NCBI GenBank assembly: GCA_900542805.1
Contig: UQOW01000007.1
Coordinates: 10,771 to 74,770, forward strand
DNA: 64,000 nucleotides
Origin: an uncultured Sutterella sp.
GTDB taxonomy: Bacteria > Pseudomonadota > Gammaproteobacteria > Burkholderiales > Burkholderiaceae_F
Direction of reading: 5' to 3'
Part shown: piece after piece, positions 33,676 to 42,521 of the stretch
Layout: each line of letters opens with the position of its first letter
Numbering within the stretch: the stretch's first letter is position 1
Program-made: the position numbers and the translations under genes
The notes under the pieces: generated by a model
Databases searched by the model: none
Told to the model about the DNA's origin: nothing
What the model saw: only the letters and a program-made list of their open reading frames with translations

Positions 33676-34911
33676 TTACTCCGACTTCTTTCTGTTTATG
33701 TCGTGGTCGACCATCGCGGCAACGCACGAATCGGACCAGACGTTTAGCGTGGTTTCAATCATATCGATGACGGCGTAAAAGGGCAGAATCACGCCCATCA
33801 GGCCGATCGGAACGTTCATACTTGCCAGAAGGCTGGCCGACAAGAAGAAGCACCCCATCGGAACACCGGCATTTCCCACGGCTGCAAGTGTCGAAATCAG
33901 AATCCAGGCCAGAACGGTTCCGAACGTAATGTCCAGACCGGCGTTTTGCATCAAATAGATGACGGTCACGAGGATAAAGGCCGCACATCCGTTCATGTTA
34001 ATCGTCGTGCAAATCGGCAAAACGAAACGGACGACTTTGGGCGAAACCTGCAGATTGTTCTCAGCGCTTTGCATCGTCACAGGCAAAGTTGCGGCCGAGG
34101 ACTTGGAAAAGAAGGCAAGAGTCAAAGCCGGGAACATGGCCCGCGCCACTTTAATCGGATTTAAACCGCGTAAAAGAAGCATCAAGGGCAAGATGATGAT
34201 CATCTGCACGAAATTGGCCGTCAGAACCGTTGCAAAGTACGAACCCAAACCGCCGACATTGACGCCGGCGTTAATTTCCGACATCAGCTGCGAAACGAAG
34301 CCGAAGATACCGATCGGCAAAAACAAAATAATCCAACTGATGAGCTTGAAAAGCGTCGCTTGCAGACCGTCGAAGAAATTTAAAACCGTCGTCTTCCCGG
34401 CAGACTCATCGGGCAAGTGCGATAAGGCCAAACCGAAGGCTGCGGCAATCAGGAGAACGGCAAGAACGTTTCCGGAAAGGAAGGGGGCAATGACGTTGTT
34501 GGGAATGGCCGAGAGCAGGTACTCCATGTAAGAGTGTTGCACAATGCCTTCGGGAGCCACGGCCGCTGCTGTCGTAACGTTTGCCGGTGCAAACATAAAA
34601 AAGAGAGCGGCAGCAAGGGAAGCCGCCAAAATCGTCGTCAGTAACGTGTAAAAAATCGTGTGGCGGAAAATACTGGCCGAGTCCTTGGCGCGAGAGGCTC
34701 TTCCGAGTGTTGCAATAATGGAAACGGCAATCACGGGAATGGCAATAAATTTAAAAAGTCGCACGAAGATATTAGCAATGAGGTCGCCCCCTTGTACCGT
34801 CAGGTCCGTGCCGACGTACCCGTTAAGAACGCCCAAAACGATGGCGATTACGTAAAAAAGGGCCATCTTTTTTTGGTTTGCAGAAAAGCCTGTAGTTGCA
34901 CCCGTTGACAT
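33676..34911 (-). CDS. dicarboxylate/amino acid:cation symporter family transporter, SstT-like (serine/threonine)
   Basis: 411 aa. PIGIFGFVSQ…, SSAATLPV and TINMNGCA resemble the DAACS/SstT helical-hairpin motifs. Confidence 0.65.
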   Translation of the reverse strand: MSTGATTGFSANQKKMALFYVIAIVLGVLNGYVGTDLTVQGGDLIANIFVRLFKFIAIPVIAVSIIATLGRASRAKDSASIFRHTIFYTLLTTILAASLAAALFFMFAPANVTTAAAVAPEGIVQHSYMEYLLSAIPNNVIAPFLSGNVLAVLLIAAAFGLALSHLPDESAGKTTVLNFFDGLQATLFKLISWIILFLPIGIFGFVSQLMSEINAGVNVGGLGSYFATVLTANFVQMIIILPLMLLLRGLNPIKVARAMFPALTLAFFSKSSAATLPVTMQSAENNLQVSPKVVRFVLPICTTINMNGCAAFILVTVIYLMQNAGLDITFGTVLAWILISTLAAVGNAGVPMGCFFLSASLLASMNVPIGLMGVILPFYAVIDMIETTLNVWSDSCVAAMVDHDINRKKSE

Positions 34912-34993
34912 TTTTTATCCTGAAGATTGACGGAGAAAGAATACATTTTATGCGAGAATTCTCGTTCTTTTTTTGTGGGAATTCTGAGAACAT

Positions 34994-35719
34994 ATGTCGG
35001 GATTCGGAACTCTGATTAACATGGCGGCCATTGTTTTGGGTGGATTCGTCGGCCTTTTCTTCGGCCGATATCTTTCCGAAACCATGCAAAAATCGCTCCT
35101 TGCAGTCACTGGGGTTTGTGTTCTTTTAATCGGCATTCTCGGACTGGTCTCGGAAATGATTACCGTCACAGACGGAAAACTGACAAGTGCTAACCCTCTG
35201 ATGTTGATTCTGTGTCTAGTGATCGGAACGGCCGTCGGCGAATGGTTCGGACTAGAGGCGAGGATTGAGCGCTTCGGCGTGTGGCTTAAAGCGCGGAGCG
35301 GAAGCGAAAAAGACCCCGGGTTTTTAAATGCTTTCGTGTCCTCCTCTTTGGTCGTTTGTGTCGGTGCGATGGCCATTGTCGGGGCCATTGAAGACGGGCT
35401 TTCGGGCAATATTGCCATGCTTGAAGCCAAATCCGTCCTCGATGCCATCATCATCATGATTATGGCGGCCTCACTCGGACGCGGATGTCTGTTCTCGGCA
35501 ATCCCCGTTGGGTTACTTCAGGGGAGCGTGACGGCCTTGGCCGTTTGGCTCAAGCCTTTTATGACGCAGGCCGTTCTTTCGGCGATTTCCGCCGTCGGTT
35601 CGGTGATGATATTTTGCGTGGGACTTAATCTTGTCTTCACGCTCAAAATCCGTGTGGCCAACACGTTGCCCTCTTTGGTTTTAACTGTCCTTTGGGCAGC
35701 GCTCCGAATCTCTTTTTAG
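34994..35719 (+). CDS. DUF554 (YqgA-like) inner-membrane protein
   Basis: MSGFGTLINMAAIVLGGFVGLFFGRYL… Length and hydrophobic pattern match E. coli YqgA. Confidence 0.7.
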   Translation: MSGFGTLINMAAIVLGGFVGLFFGRYLSETMQKSLLAVTGVCVLLIGILGLVSEMITVTDGKLTSANPLMLILCLVIGTAVGEWFGLEARIERFGVWLKARSGSEKDPGFLNAFVSSSLVVCVGAMAIVGAIEDGLSGNIAMLEAKSVLDAIIIMIMAASLGRGCLFSAIPVGLLQGSVTALAVWLKPFMTQAVLSAISAVGSVMIFCVGLNLVFTLKIRVANTLPSLVLTVLWAALRISF

Positions 35720-35804
35720 TCCGCGGCAATATTTGCTAGCATAGCGTCTGACTAAAAAAGTTGTGAGACAGAATCAATCAACTCACAACGCGACGGAGGG
35801 CGTA

Positions 35805-36146
35805 ATGGGAGACTGCATTTTCTGCAAGATTATTCAGGGAGGAATTCCCTGCAAAAAGATTTATGAGGATCAAGAATTCCTCGCTTTTCACGACATCAAT
35901 CCGGCAGCACCGATTCACTTTTTGATCATTCCGAAAAAACACATTGTTTCTTTGGCCGATGTGACGGACGAAGATACGGCAATGCTCGGAAGACTGATGG
36001 CTTTGGTTCCGAAACTGGCAAAAGAAAACGGGTGCACGGACGGATTCAGAACTATTATCAATACGGGTAAGAACGGCGGACAAGCCGTTGCCCACTTGCA
36101 TATCCACGTTTTGGGCGGTCCCCATCCGTGGCGTCAAGTTGCCTAA
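35805..36146 (+). CDS. HIT-family (histidine triad) nucleotide hydrolase
   Basis: MGDCIFCKII… and HLHIHVLGG (HxHxHxx motif). Confidence 0.85.
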   Translation: MGDCIFCKIIQGGIPCKKIYEDQEFLAFHDINPAAPIHFLIIPKKHIVSLADVTDEDTAMLGRLMALVPKLAKENGCTDGFRTIINTGKNGGQAVAHLHIHVLGGPHPWRQVA

Positions 36147-36168
36147 TCGTTAAGCAAAGGAGCACGTT

Positions 36169-36804
36169 ATGGGATCCATGTCCATTTGGCATTGGCTGAT
36201 TGTCGTTCTCGTTGTGGTGTTGATTTTCGGTACCGGAAAACTTAAAAACGCAGGGCGCGATTTAGGTAACGCCGTCAAGGGTTTCCGCGAGGGAATTAAA
36301 GAGGGCGAAAAAGACACGATTGAGGAAAAAAAGGAAGCGGTGCCCGCATCTGCCGAAAAGACGGCAACCGAAGCGCCGGTCGCTGTTGCGTCGGTAGCAT
36401 CCGCACCGGTGCCGACACCGATTGAGGCGTCGCCAGCTCCTGTTGCAATCGAGAGTGCAGCTGCCGTACCTGAAAAGGCACCTGTGACCGTGAGTGAAGC
36501 AAAACCGGAAGCCACGCCTGTCGCCGAGATCGGGGTGGATGTTCCGTCCAAAAAGCCGACTCATAAAACCGCCGCCCGAAAGACGACCAGGAAGGCGACA
36601 ACGGCCAAGACGTCTGCAACAAAGAAAGTCGCTACCCAAAAGAAAACGGCTATGACCAAGAAAGTAACGGCAAAAAAGACGGAGACCAAGAAGGCCGCCG
36701 CTAAAAAGACGACCGCAGAGAAAAAGACGGGGACGGCAAAAAAACTGACCGCTAAGAAAGTCGTCAAAAAGACGACCAAGAAGGCTACCGCAGAGGCAGT
36801 CTGA
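36169..36804 (+). CDS. tatA: twin-arginine translocase TatA with a long Lys/Ala/Thr-rich C-terminal extension
   Basis: [42 protein letters not shown] is the canonical TatA TM helix plus amphipathic helix. An Ala/Pro/Val-rich linker and a KKxTAKK repeat tail follow. 211 aa total. Confidence 0.8.
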   Translation: MGSMSIWHWLIVVLVVVLIFGTGKLKNAGRDLGNAVKGFREGIKEGEKDTIEEKKEAVPASAEKTATEAPVAVASVASAPVPTPIEASPAPVAIESAAAVPEKAPVTVSEAKPEATPVAEIGVDVPSKKPTHKTAARKTTRKATTAKTSATKKVATQKKTAMTKKVTAKKTETKKAAAKKTTAEKKTGTAKKLTAKKVVKKTTKKATAEAV

Positions 36805-36865
36805 TTAGACGGCGTTAACTGGGGGGAGAAATCTCCCGGCTAAACGAAGGCGTCTTCTCTAAGGT

Positions 36866-37432
36866 ATGTTTGATTTAGGTTTTTCCGAAATCATCGTTAT
36901 CGGTATTGTGGCGCTCGTGGTCCTCGGTCCCGAGCGTTTGCCCGTTGTTGCGCGCGTTGCCGGGAAGTATTTTTCCAAAGCTCGGCGCGTCATCGATCAA
37001 CTGAAAGAAGACATCGAACTTGAATCGGAAATGGCCGAGCTCAAAGCTCTTCAATCGCAGGCTCATGACATTGCTGAGGAAGTCACGCACAGTGTGCGCG
37101 GTCAGATGCAATCGATTCAAGGAGAAGTCGATTCCTTGCGTCAGGATTTAGATATTCTCGGCAACAAGGATAAGGACGGCGCTTCGGAAGGGAATTCGCC
37201 CGCAACAAGCCAATTACTCGGCAAGGACACGGAGGACTTTACCGCTGTCTGCCCGGTGCAATCGCCGTCTTTTTCCCGTCGTTACAAGGAAGAGCCCGAT
37301 GTGCAGGAACTAGCGGAGCAAGTCGAACGCTTAAAGCGGGATATCGGTGAGACTGCGGCCTCGCTTACGGTGCGTCGCAATCGGCGCTATGCCGTTCGTT
37401 CGCGGACCAATCGCGTCCGTATTTATCGGTGA
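36866..37432 (+). CDS. tatB: twin-arginine translocase TatB
   Basis: MFDLGFSEIIVIGIVALVVLGPERLPVVARVAGKYF…. Confidence 0.85.
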   Translation: MFDLGFSEIIVIGIVALVVLGPERLPVVARVAGKYFSKARRVIDQLKEDIELESEMAELKALQSQAHDIAEEVTHSVRGQMQSIQGEVDSLRQDLDILGNKDKDGASEGNSPATSQLLGKDTEDFTAVCPVQSPSFSRRYKEEPDVQELAEQVERLKRDIGETAASLTVRRNRRYAVRSRTNRVRIYR

Positions 37433-38235
37433 GTACGTCCATGGAAAAGAAAGACGAAGAGGACAAACTCGACGATCCGGCCAACGATCAGCCTCTGATG
37501 GCACATCTGATTGAATTGCGCGAACGCACGGTCAAGGCGGCTTTAAGTGTCCTGATTGTTTTTGTCGCCATGTCGCCTTTTATGAAGGAGATTTTTGACT
37601 GGCTCTCCAAGCCGTTGATGGTGGCACTACCGGATGGCGCGAAACTTCTTTCCACCGGTGTTGTCGCACCCTTTATGGTGCCTTTAAAGGTTACGCTTTT
37701 TTGTGCATTCGTCGTGGCCTTGCCGTACGTGCTCTATCAGTTTTGGGCCTACATCGCCCCGGCACTTTACAAACGTGAAAAGCGTCTGGCGCTTCCCGTG
37801 ATTGTCTCGAGCGTTTTGATGTTTGCCATCGGTATGGCGTATTGCTACTTTGTCGTCTTTCGGATGGTCTTTCAGTTTATCGCCGGTTTCTCTCCGGATT
37901 CGGTGAATTTTGCGCCCGATATCGATAGTTATTTCGGCTTTGTCATTACGATGTTCTTCGCGTTCGGATTGACCTTCGAAGTGCCGATTTTCGTCATGGT
38001 TTTAAATCGTGTCGGCATGGCCTCGGCTAAGCGTCTGAAAAAGATTCGCCCGTATGTCATCGTCGGCGCCTTCGTCGTAGCGGCTATTTTTACGCCGCCC
38101 GATGTCCTCTCGCAATTACTACTTGCTCTGCCGCTTGTCGTTTTATACGAATTCGGCATTGTTCTTGTGAAGGTTTTCGGACGTAAAGACGATTCGGATG
38201 AGGACGAGAACTCGGAAACCGCAGACGACTGTTAG
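37429..38235 (+). CDS. tatC: twin-arginine translocase TatC
   Basis: …MAHLIELRERTVKAALSVLIVF… with a six-TM TatC pattern and an acidic C-terminus. Confidence 0.85.
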   Translation: MSTSMEKKDEEDKLDDPANDQPLMAHLIELRERTVKAALSVLIVFVAMSPFMKEIFDWLSKPLMVALPDGAKLLSTGVVAPFMVPLKVTLFCAFVVALPYVLYQFWAYIAPALYKREKRLALPVIVSSVLMFAIGMAYCYFVVFRMVFQFIAGFSPDSVNFAPDIDSYFGFVITMFFAFGLTFEVPIFVMVLNRVGMASAKRLKKIRPYVIVGAFVVAAIFTPPDVLSQLLLALPLVVLYEFGIVLVKVFGRKDDSDEDENSETADDC

Positions 38236-38282
38236 GTTTCAAGCGCTCAATATGTCACGCTTTTTTCAGGGTCATTGCAGGC

Positions 38283-39509
38283 ATGGCGACACAAAAGCCC
38301 TCTTCGGATTTGTCCTTTGAACCGACATTTGCTCATGTCGCTGTCCTGGGCGTTACCTGCTCGCTCGGTCCGTTTGCCACGAACGGAATTGTTCCGGCTT
38401 TCCATGCGATTTCCGAGACTTTCGGCATGTCCCTTGCGGACATGCAGCAGATGCTGACGGTGTACCTGGTGGCACTTGCCATCGGATCGCTTTTGGTCGG
38501 AAGTCTTTCCGATGCCTTCGGTCGCAAAAGCGTATTAGCCGCCGGCATGGTGCTTTTTTCGGTCTCTTCAGTCGGAGCCTTGTATTCGGATTCGTTAGCG
38601 ACGATGAATGTCTGGCGATTCTTGCAGGGCCTCGGAGCGTGTACCGGACAGGTCATTACACAAGCAATGGTGCGTGATAGGTGGAGCGGACTTTCAGCCG
38701 CGCGCGCCATGAGCATTATCGGAATGCTCTTTAGCGTTGCTCCGGCCGTCGCCCCGATTGTCGGCGGGTGGCTGGTCGTTCGTATGGGCTGGCAGGCCTC
38801 GTTCTGGTTCCTGATGGCGTACTCCCTGAGTATTTGGGCGATTACGGTTTTCGTTTTAAAAGAGACGCTCCCGCGGGAAAAACGACTGCACTTTGATCTT
38901 TGGGCACTCCTTTTAAGTTACGGGACGTGCTTGAAAAACCCGGCTTACACGGCCGGTATCATCTCCAACGGTTGCAGTTTCATGGGCATGATTTTGGTTG
39001 TTGCCGGTGGAGCGGACTTTGTGGTCAACGTGATGGGATTCGGAGTCGACGGCTTTGCTTGGCTTTCCGTCCCGCTTGTTGTGGCGTCCGTCGCGGGTTC
39101 GTTTTTGGCGCCGCCTCTTGCACTGCGACTCGGTACCCGCAATTTGGTTGTCGGAGCCGGAGTACTGTTGATTCTTTTTGAGTTCACGATGACCTATTGC
39201 ATGCATGAGGCAAGACCGGGTTATCTTGAAACGCTGCTAATCGGGTTTGTCTTTAATTTCGTCGGTAATCTCGTTCGACCGGTCGTTATGGCGATGAACT
39301 TGGATTACCACCCTCGGTGCCGCGGACTGTCAGCCTCGATTCAACAAGGATTTCACACGCTCGGATTTGCCTTAAGTTCGGCCGTTTTGGCTCCGCTTTG
39401 TATTGGGCAGGCTTGGAAGTACGCCCTCGCGATGGGCGTCTGCGCAGTTTTGGCATTACTTTTCTGGATGATTGCCTTGCATTATCGCAAGGCGTACTTG
39501 CCGGCCTAA
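38283..39509 (+). CDS. MFS transporter, Bcr/CflA drug-efflux subfamily
   Basis: 12-TM protein. The SDAFGRK motif after TM2 fits the DHA1 Bcr/CflA family. Confidence 0.75.
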   Translation: MATQKPSSDLSFEPTFAHVAVLGVTCSLGPFATNGIVPAFHAISETFGMSLADMQQMLTVYLVALAIGSLLVGSLSDAFGRKSVLAAGMVLFSVSSVGALYSDSLATMNVWRFLQGLGACTGQVITQAMVRDRWSGLSAARAMSIIGMLFSVAPAVAPIVGGWLVVRMGWQASFWFLMAYSLSIWAITVFVLKETLPREKRLHFDLWALLLSYGTCLKNPAYTAGIISNGCSFMGMILVVAGGADFVVNVMGFGVDGFAWLSVPLVVASVAGSFLAPPLALRLGTRNLVVGAGVLLILFEFTMTYCMHEARPGYLETLLIGFVFNFVGNLVRPVVMAMNLDYHPRCRGLSASIQQGFHTLGFALSSAVLAPLCIGQAWKYALAMGVCAVLALLFWMIALHYRKAYLPA

Positions 39510-40141
39510 GTTCGCGAAGGGCCCCGGAGGGCAAGGCCGGTTCCGAAAGCGACAATGACGAGCAGAAAGAGAACGGAAAAAACGGCACAGCACTGAGCCA
39601 TGTTCAGCCAATGCTCGGTCGGAATCAGATACCAGCCTCCCGCCTCGTTGTATAGATTAATCCAAAACGACTGCAGATTCGAAAGGACGGCCTCAGGGGG
39701 AACAACCGGCGTATCGATGCCGCATTCGCCCGAGGCGGCAAACCAATCCGGGAACCAAACGTCGAGCGGTAGCCCTAAGGGGTAGTGTGTCGTTGTCGAA
39801 CAACCCGTCAGACCGAATAGCGCATCGGAATCCGTATCGTGCATGGCTGCGTGAATACGGGAGAGGCGCAGTGAGCAAATCAGTCCGTACATTGCACCGT
39901 ACAAGGAAAGCGCGATGCCGGGGACGGTCAGCCACAGAACTCTCGGATTGAGGGCGATAATCAGAGCTCCGAGCGCCACGAGAATGAAGGCAAAGCGGAT
40001 ATAAACGCACTGTTCGCACGGCTCCATGAAAAGCCACTTCTGAAAGACCGCATGTGCAAAACCAACCAAGAAAACAGCAAAACCTGCAACAAGAATCCAA
40101 GGTGTGCGTTTTGTAGCGAGGGTGCGAAGACAAGAGAGCAT
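39506..40141 (-). CDS. dsbI: DsbB-family disulfide oxidoreductase (DsbI-like partner of DsbL)
   Basis: MLSCLRTLATKRTPWILVAGFAVF…MEPCEQCVYIRFAFI (CxxC in periplasmic loop 1) and a second Cys pair, CSTT…GEC, in loop 2. Adjacent to a CPFC DsbA-like gene. Confidence 0.7.
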   Translation of the reverse strand: MLSCLRTLATKRTPWILVAGFAVFLVGFAHAVFQKWLFMEPCEQCVYIRFAFILVALGALIIALNPRVLWLTVPGIALSLYGAMYGLICSLRLSRIHAAMHDTDSDALFGLTGCSTTTHYPLGLPLDVWFPDWFAASGECGIDTPVVPPEAVLSNLQSFWINLYNEAGGWYLIPTEHWLNMAQCCAVFSVLFLLVIVAFGTGLALRGPSRT

Positions 40142-40151
40142 CCAGTGTCCT

Positions 40152-40799
40152 TTAGGGCAAAGTCGACAGCTCCCGAATGATATTTCCGAAGTCGGTCTTG
40201 GAGCGAGCGGCTGTGTTACGAACCAAAAATCGCCCGTTGACCACATACGCCGGAATTCCTTGAATAGCAGCAATGTTTTTGGACGGACGCCAAGCCTTTA
40301 CCAGCGAGAGGACGTCGGAATCGAGTTTTCTTCTCAGGAAAAAGCCCCTTGTCAGACCTGTTGCGTCCGTGAGGGTTTTTAAAAAAGCGTCTTCACCGCC
40401 TGCCCAGCGCTCTTTTTGTTTCAGATACGCAAAATAAAGGGCATCTTTGGCTTGCGAAAAAAGGTTCGTTTTGTCCGAAAGAGCGATTCCGTTCTTCTCG
40501 TCTTCCCGTTGGCATAGTGCCAAGAACAGGGCTGCCGTTTGTCCGTATTTGGCTCGGCTTTCCAGAAAAACGGGAACAAAACGCAGACCGAGATCCGGGA
40601 GAATCTCACTACAAAGCCACGGGTCGATGCTCTTGTCATAACGATAGCAAAACGGGCAATCGTACGAGAAAATTTTAATCAACGTTTTCGTAGCAGCTTC
40701 AAACGGGGTTTCCAGGGAAACGTAGGTTGCTTCCTTGGCCCAAAGGGGAAAGGACAGGCCGGCTAAGGCTGCCAGTCCGAGAGCTCGCCGAGAAATCAT
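40152..40799 (-). CDS. dsbL: periplasmic DsbA-like thiol:disulfide oxidoreductase with a CPFC active site (DsbL-like)
   Basis: Signal peptide followed by SYDCPFCYRY, a thioredoxin-fold CxxC identical to the DsbL active-site tetrapeptide. Confidence 0.7.
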   Translation of the reverse strand: MISRRALGLAALAGLSFPLWAKEATYVSLETPFEAATKTLIKIFSYDCPFCYRYDKSIDPWLCSEILPDLGLRFVPVFLESRAKYGQTAALFLALCQREDEKNGIALSDKTNLFSQAKDALYFAYLKQKERWAGGEDAFLKTLTDATGLTRGFFLRRKLDSDVLSLVKAWRPSKNIAAIQGIPAYVVNGRFLVRNTAARSKTDFGNIIRELSTLP

Positions 40800-40916
40800 A
40801 AAACATCCTTTTCCAGTATCGCTTAGGCCACGTAATCATAGCGTTTTCTATCGCCAGGAAAAGTAAATTTGCTAGAGTGTTGCCCGTTGTTTGTTTTGTG
40901 GCTAGGAGAAATGACG

Positions 40917-42209
40917 ATGACTGTGCGGGTGCTGACCGGTATTAACACAACGGGAACGTTGCATTTAGGGAATTATTGCGGAGCGATTCGCCCCTGCATT
41001 CAGGCGTCTCACAAACCCGATGTGGAAAGTTTCTTTTTTATGGCGGACTTGCACGCCCTGATTAAGTGCCAGGATGCCGACCGCATTGAAAGAAGCCGCA
41101 TGCAGATTGCAGCGAGCTGGCTCGCAGCCGGGCTCGACCCGAACCACTGCACTTTTTATCGGCAAAGCGACATTCCGGAAATCCCGCTTCTGAACTGGCT
41201 TTTAAATTGCGTCTGTGCTAAAGGCTTGATGAATCGGGCTCATGCGTACAAGGCTTGCGTCGAGGCCAATGCAGCGGCCGATGCCGATCCCGATGCCGGG
41301 GTTTCGATGGGGCTTTTTTGCTACCCGGTCTTGATGGCCGCCGACATCCTGATGTTCAATGCCAATCTTGTTCCGGTCGGTCGCGATCAGATTCAGCATT
41401 TGGAAATGGCACGTGACATCGCGACGCGTTTTAACAATTTGTACGGACGTGGAAAGGACTTCTTTGTGCTTCCGTATGAACAAATCGACGAGCATGTTTC
41501 CATCTTGCCGGGCTTAGACGGCCGAAAGATGAGCAAAAGTTACAACAACGTCATTCCGCTATTTGAGGGCGGACATGCTGCGCTCGAGGAGGCGATCAGC
41601 CGCGTCGTAACCGACAGTCGCCTACCCGGCGAGCCCAAAGACCCGGAAAGCACGTCGCTCACGCAAATCTACGATGCCTTTGCCACGGAGCAGGAAAAAT
41701 CCCTGTTCCGAGAGGAGCTTCGCGACGGTCTCGGTTGGGGCGAAGCCAAGAAGCGCTTAGTGACCCAAATCGAAAAGGAAATCGGACCGATGCGCGAAAA
41801 GTATGCGTTCTTTATGGCGCATCCGCAGGAACTCGAAGACATCTTGCAGGCCGGAGCAAAAAAGGCGCGTCGCTTGGCTACACCCTTCCTGGCAACGCTA
41901 CGCGAAGCCGTGGGCTTGCGGCAATTTCATGCCGTCGGAGCTGCCGAAAAAGGAAAGGTTTCGACCAAGAAAAAGGCAACGGCTGCTCTCAAGCAATATC
42001 GAGAAGAAGACGGTAAATTCTATTTCAAGCTGACCGATGCCGCCGGGCGTCTGTTGCTCACCTCCCGGCCTTTTGAGAGCGGGAAAGAGGCCGGAATGGT
42101 CGTCGGACAGATGAAACAAGGAAAAATGCAGGATGTTTTGCCGCAAGTCGTATTTGCCGACGGCGTGACCGAAGAGACGGTGCGCCAGGCCTTAACGGAA
42201 CTTGCCTAA
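40917..42209 (+). CDS. trpS: tryptophan--tRNA ligase with a C-terminal YegP/DUF1508-like extension
   Basis: TGINTTGTLHLGNY (HIGH-type), KMSKS, and a C-terminus EEDGKFYFKLTDAAGRLLLTSRPFESGKEAG resembling DUF1508 repeats. Start taken at the second ATG, 8 nt after AGGAG. Confidence 0.85.
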   Translation: MTVRVLTGINTTGTLHLGNYCGAIRPCIQASHKPDVESFFFMADLHALIKCQDADRIERSRMQIAASWLAAGLDPNHCTFYRQSDIPEIPLLNWLLNCVCAKGLMNRAHAYKACVEANAAADADPDAGVSMGLFCYPVLMAADILMFNANLVPVGRDQIQHLEMARDIATRFNNLYGRGKDFFVLPYEQIDEHVSILPGLDGRKMSKSYNNVIPLFEGGHAALEEAISRVVTDSRLPGEPKDPESTSLTQIYDAFATEQEKSLFREELRDGLGWGEAKKRLVTQIEKEIGPMREKYAFFMAHPQELEDILQAGAKKARRLATPFLATLREAVGLRQFHAVGAAEKGKVSTKKKATAALKQYREEDGKFYFKLTDAAGRLLLTSRPFESGKEAGMVVGQMKQGKMQDVLPQVVFADGVTEETVRQALTELA

Positions 42210-42350
42210 GAAAGGCCGAACAGAATAGGTTACGCGGCCGGAGGTCTCGGTTTCAGAGCTTTCGGCTGACTTTTCTCAGAGGGCCTAGGAAAAATCCCCG
42301 AGGCGGATGTGTAGCGCACAAGACAAATTCTTGCTACAGTACGACGTGTT

Positions 42351-42425
42351 ATGACAAACATCGAGAACAAATTTTTCGGCTGGTGGCTCTGGCGGTACGA
42401 TCCGTCAGCGTTTGTTGCTGTTTAA
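42351..42425 (+). CDS. Trp-rich leader peptide (24 aa, MTNIENKFFGWWLWRYDPSAFVAV)
   Basis: Short ORF with three Trp codons at 42381–42392. It overlaps RNA segment 1 of an attenuator, immediately upstream of trpB2. Confidence 0.7.
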   Translation: MTNIENKFFGWWLWRYDPSAFVAV

Positions 42426-42489
42426 TCGTTACGTTTTCGTTTTAAAGGCTGACGGATTGAAAGGAGTGCTTTCAGTCCGTTTTTTATTG
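42379..42489 (+). promoter_or_regulatory. transcription attenuator with three alternative pairings (1:2 pause, 2:3 antiterminator, 3:4 terminator plus U-tract)
   Basis: 1:2 is GCUGGUGG with CCGUCAGC. 2:3 is AUCCGUCAGC with GCUGACGGAU. 3:4 is ACGGAUUGAAAG-GAGUG-CUUUCAGUCCGU, followed by UUUUUUAUU. Confidence 0.7.
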
Positions 42490-42521
42490 CCTGAAATCTT
42501 TCCTCAATCAAGGAGACAACC

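Noticed and set aside
36540-36790. Possible CRISPR or DNA tandem repeat in the tatA tail
   Set aside because: The repetition is at the amino-acid (KKxT/A) level with degenerate codons. There are no regular direct repeats or spacers, so it is not a CRISPR array.
36150-36804. Three minus-strand ORFs (36150..36551, 36262..36639, 36296..36622) and one short plus-strand off-frame ORF (36561..36779)
   Set aside because: The first three lie antisense to the TatA core and tail, and the last is an alternative frame within the tail. The GC-rich repetitive codon structure keeps these frames open. The plus frame has an unmistakable TatA N-terminus.
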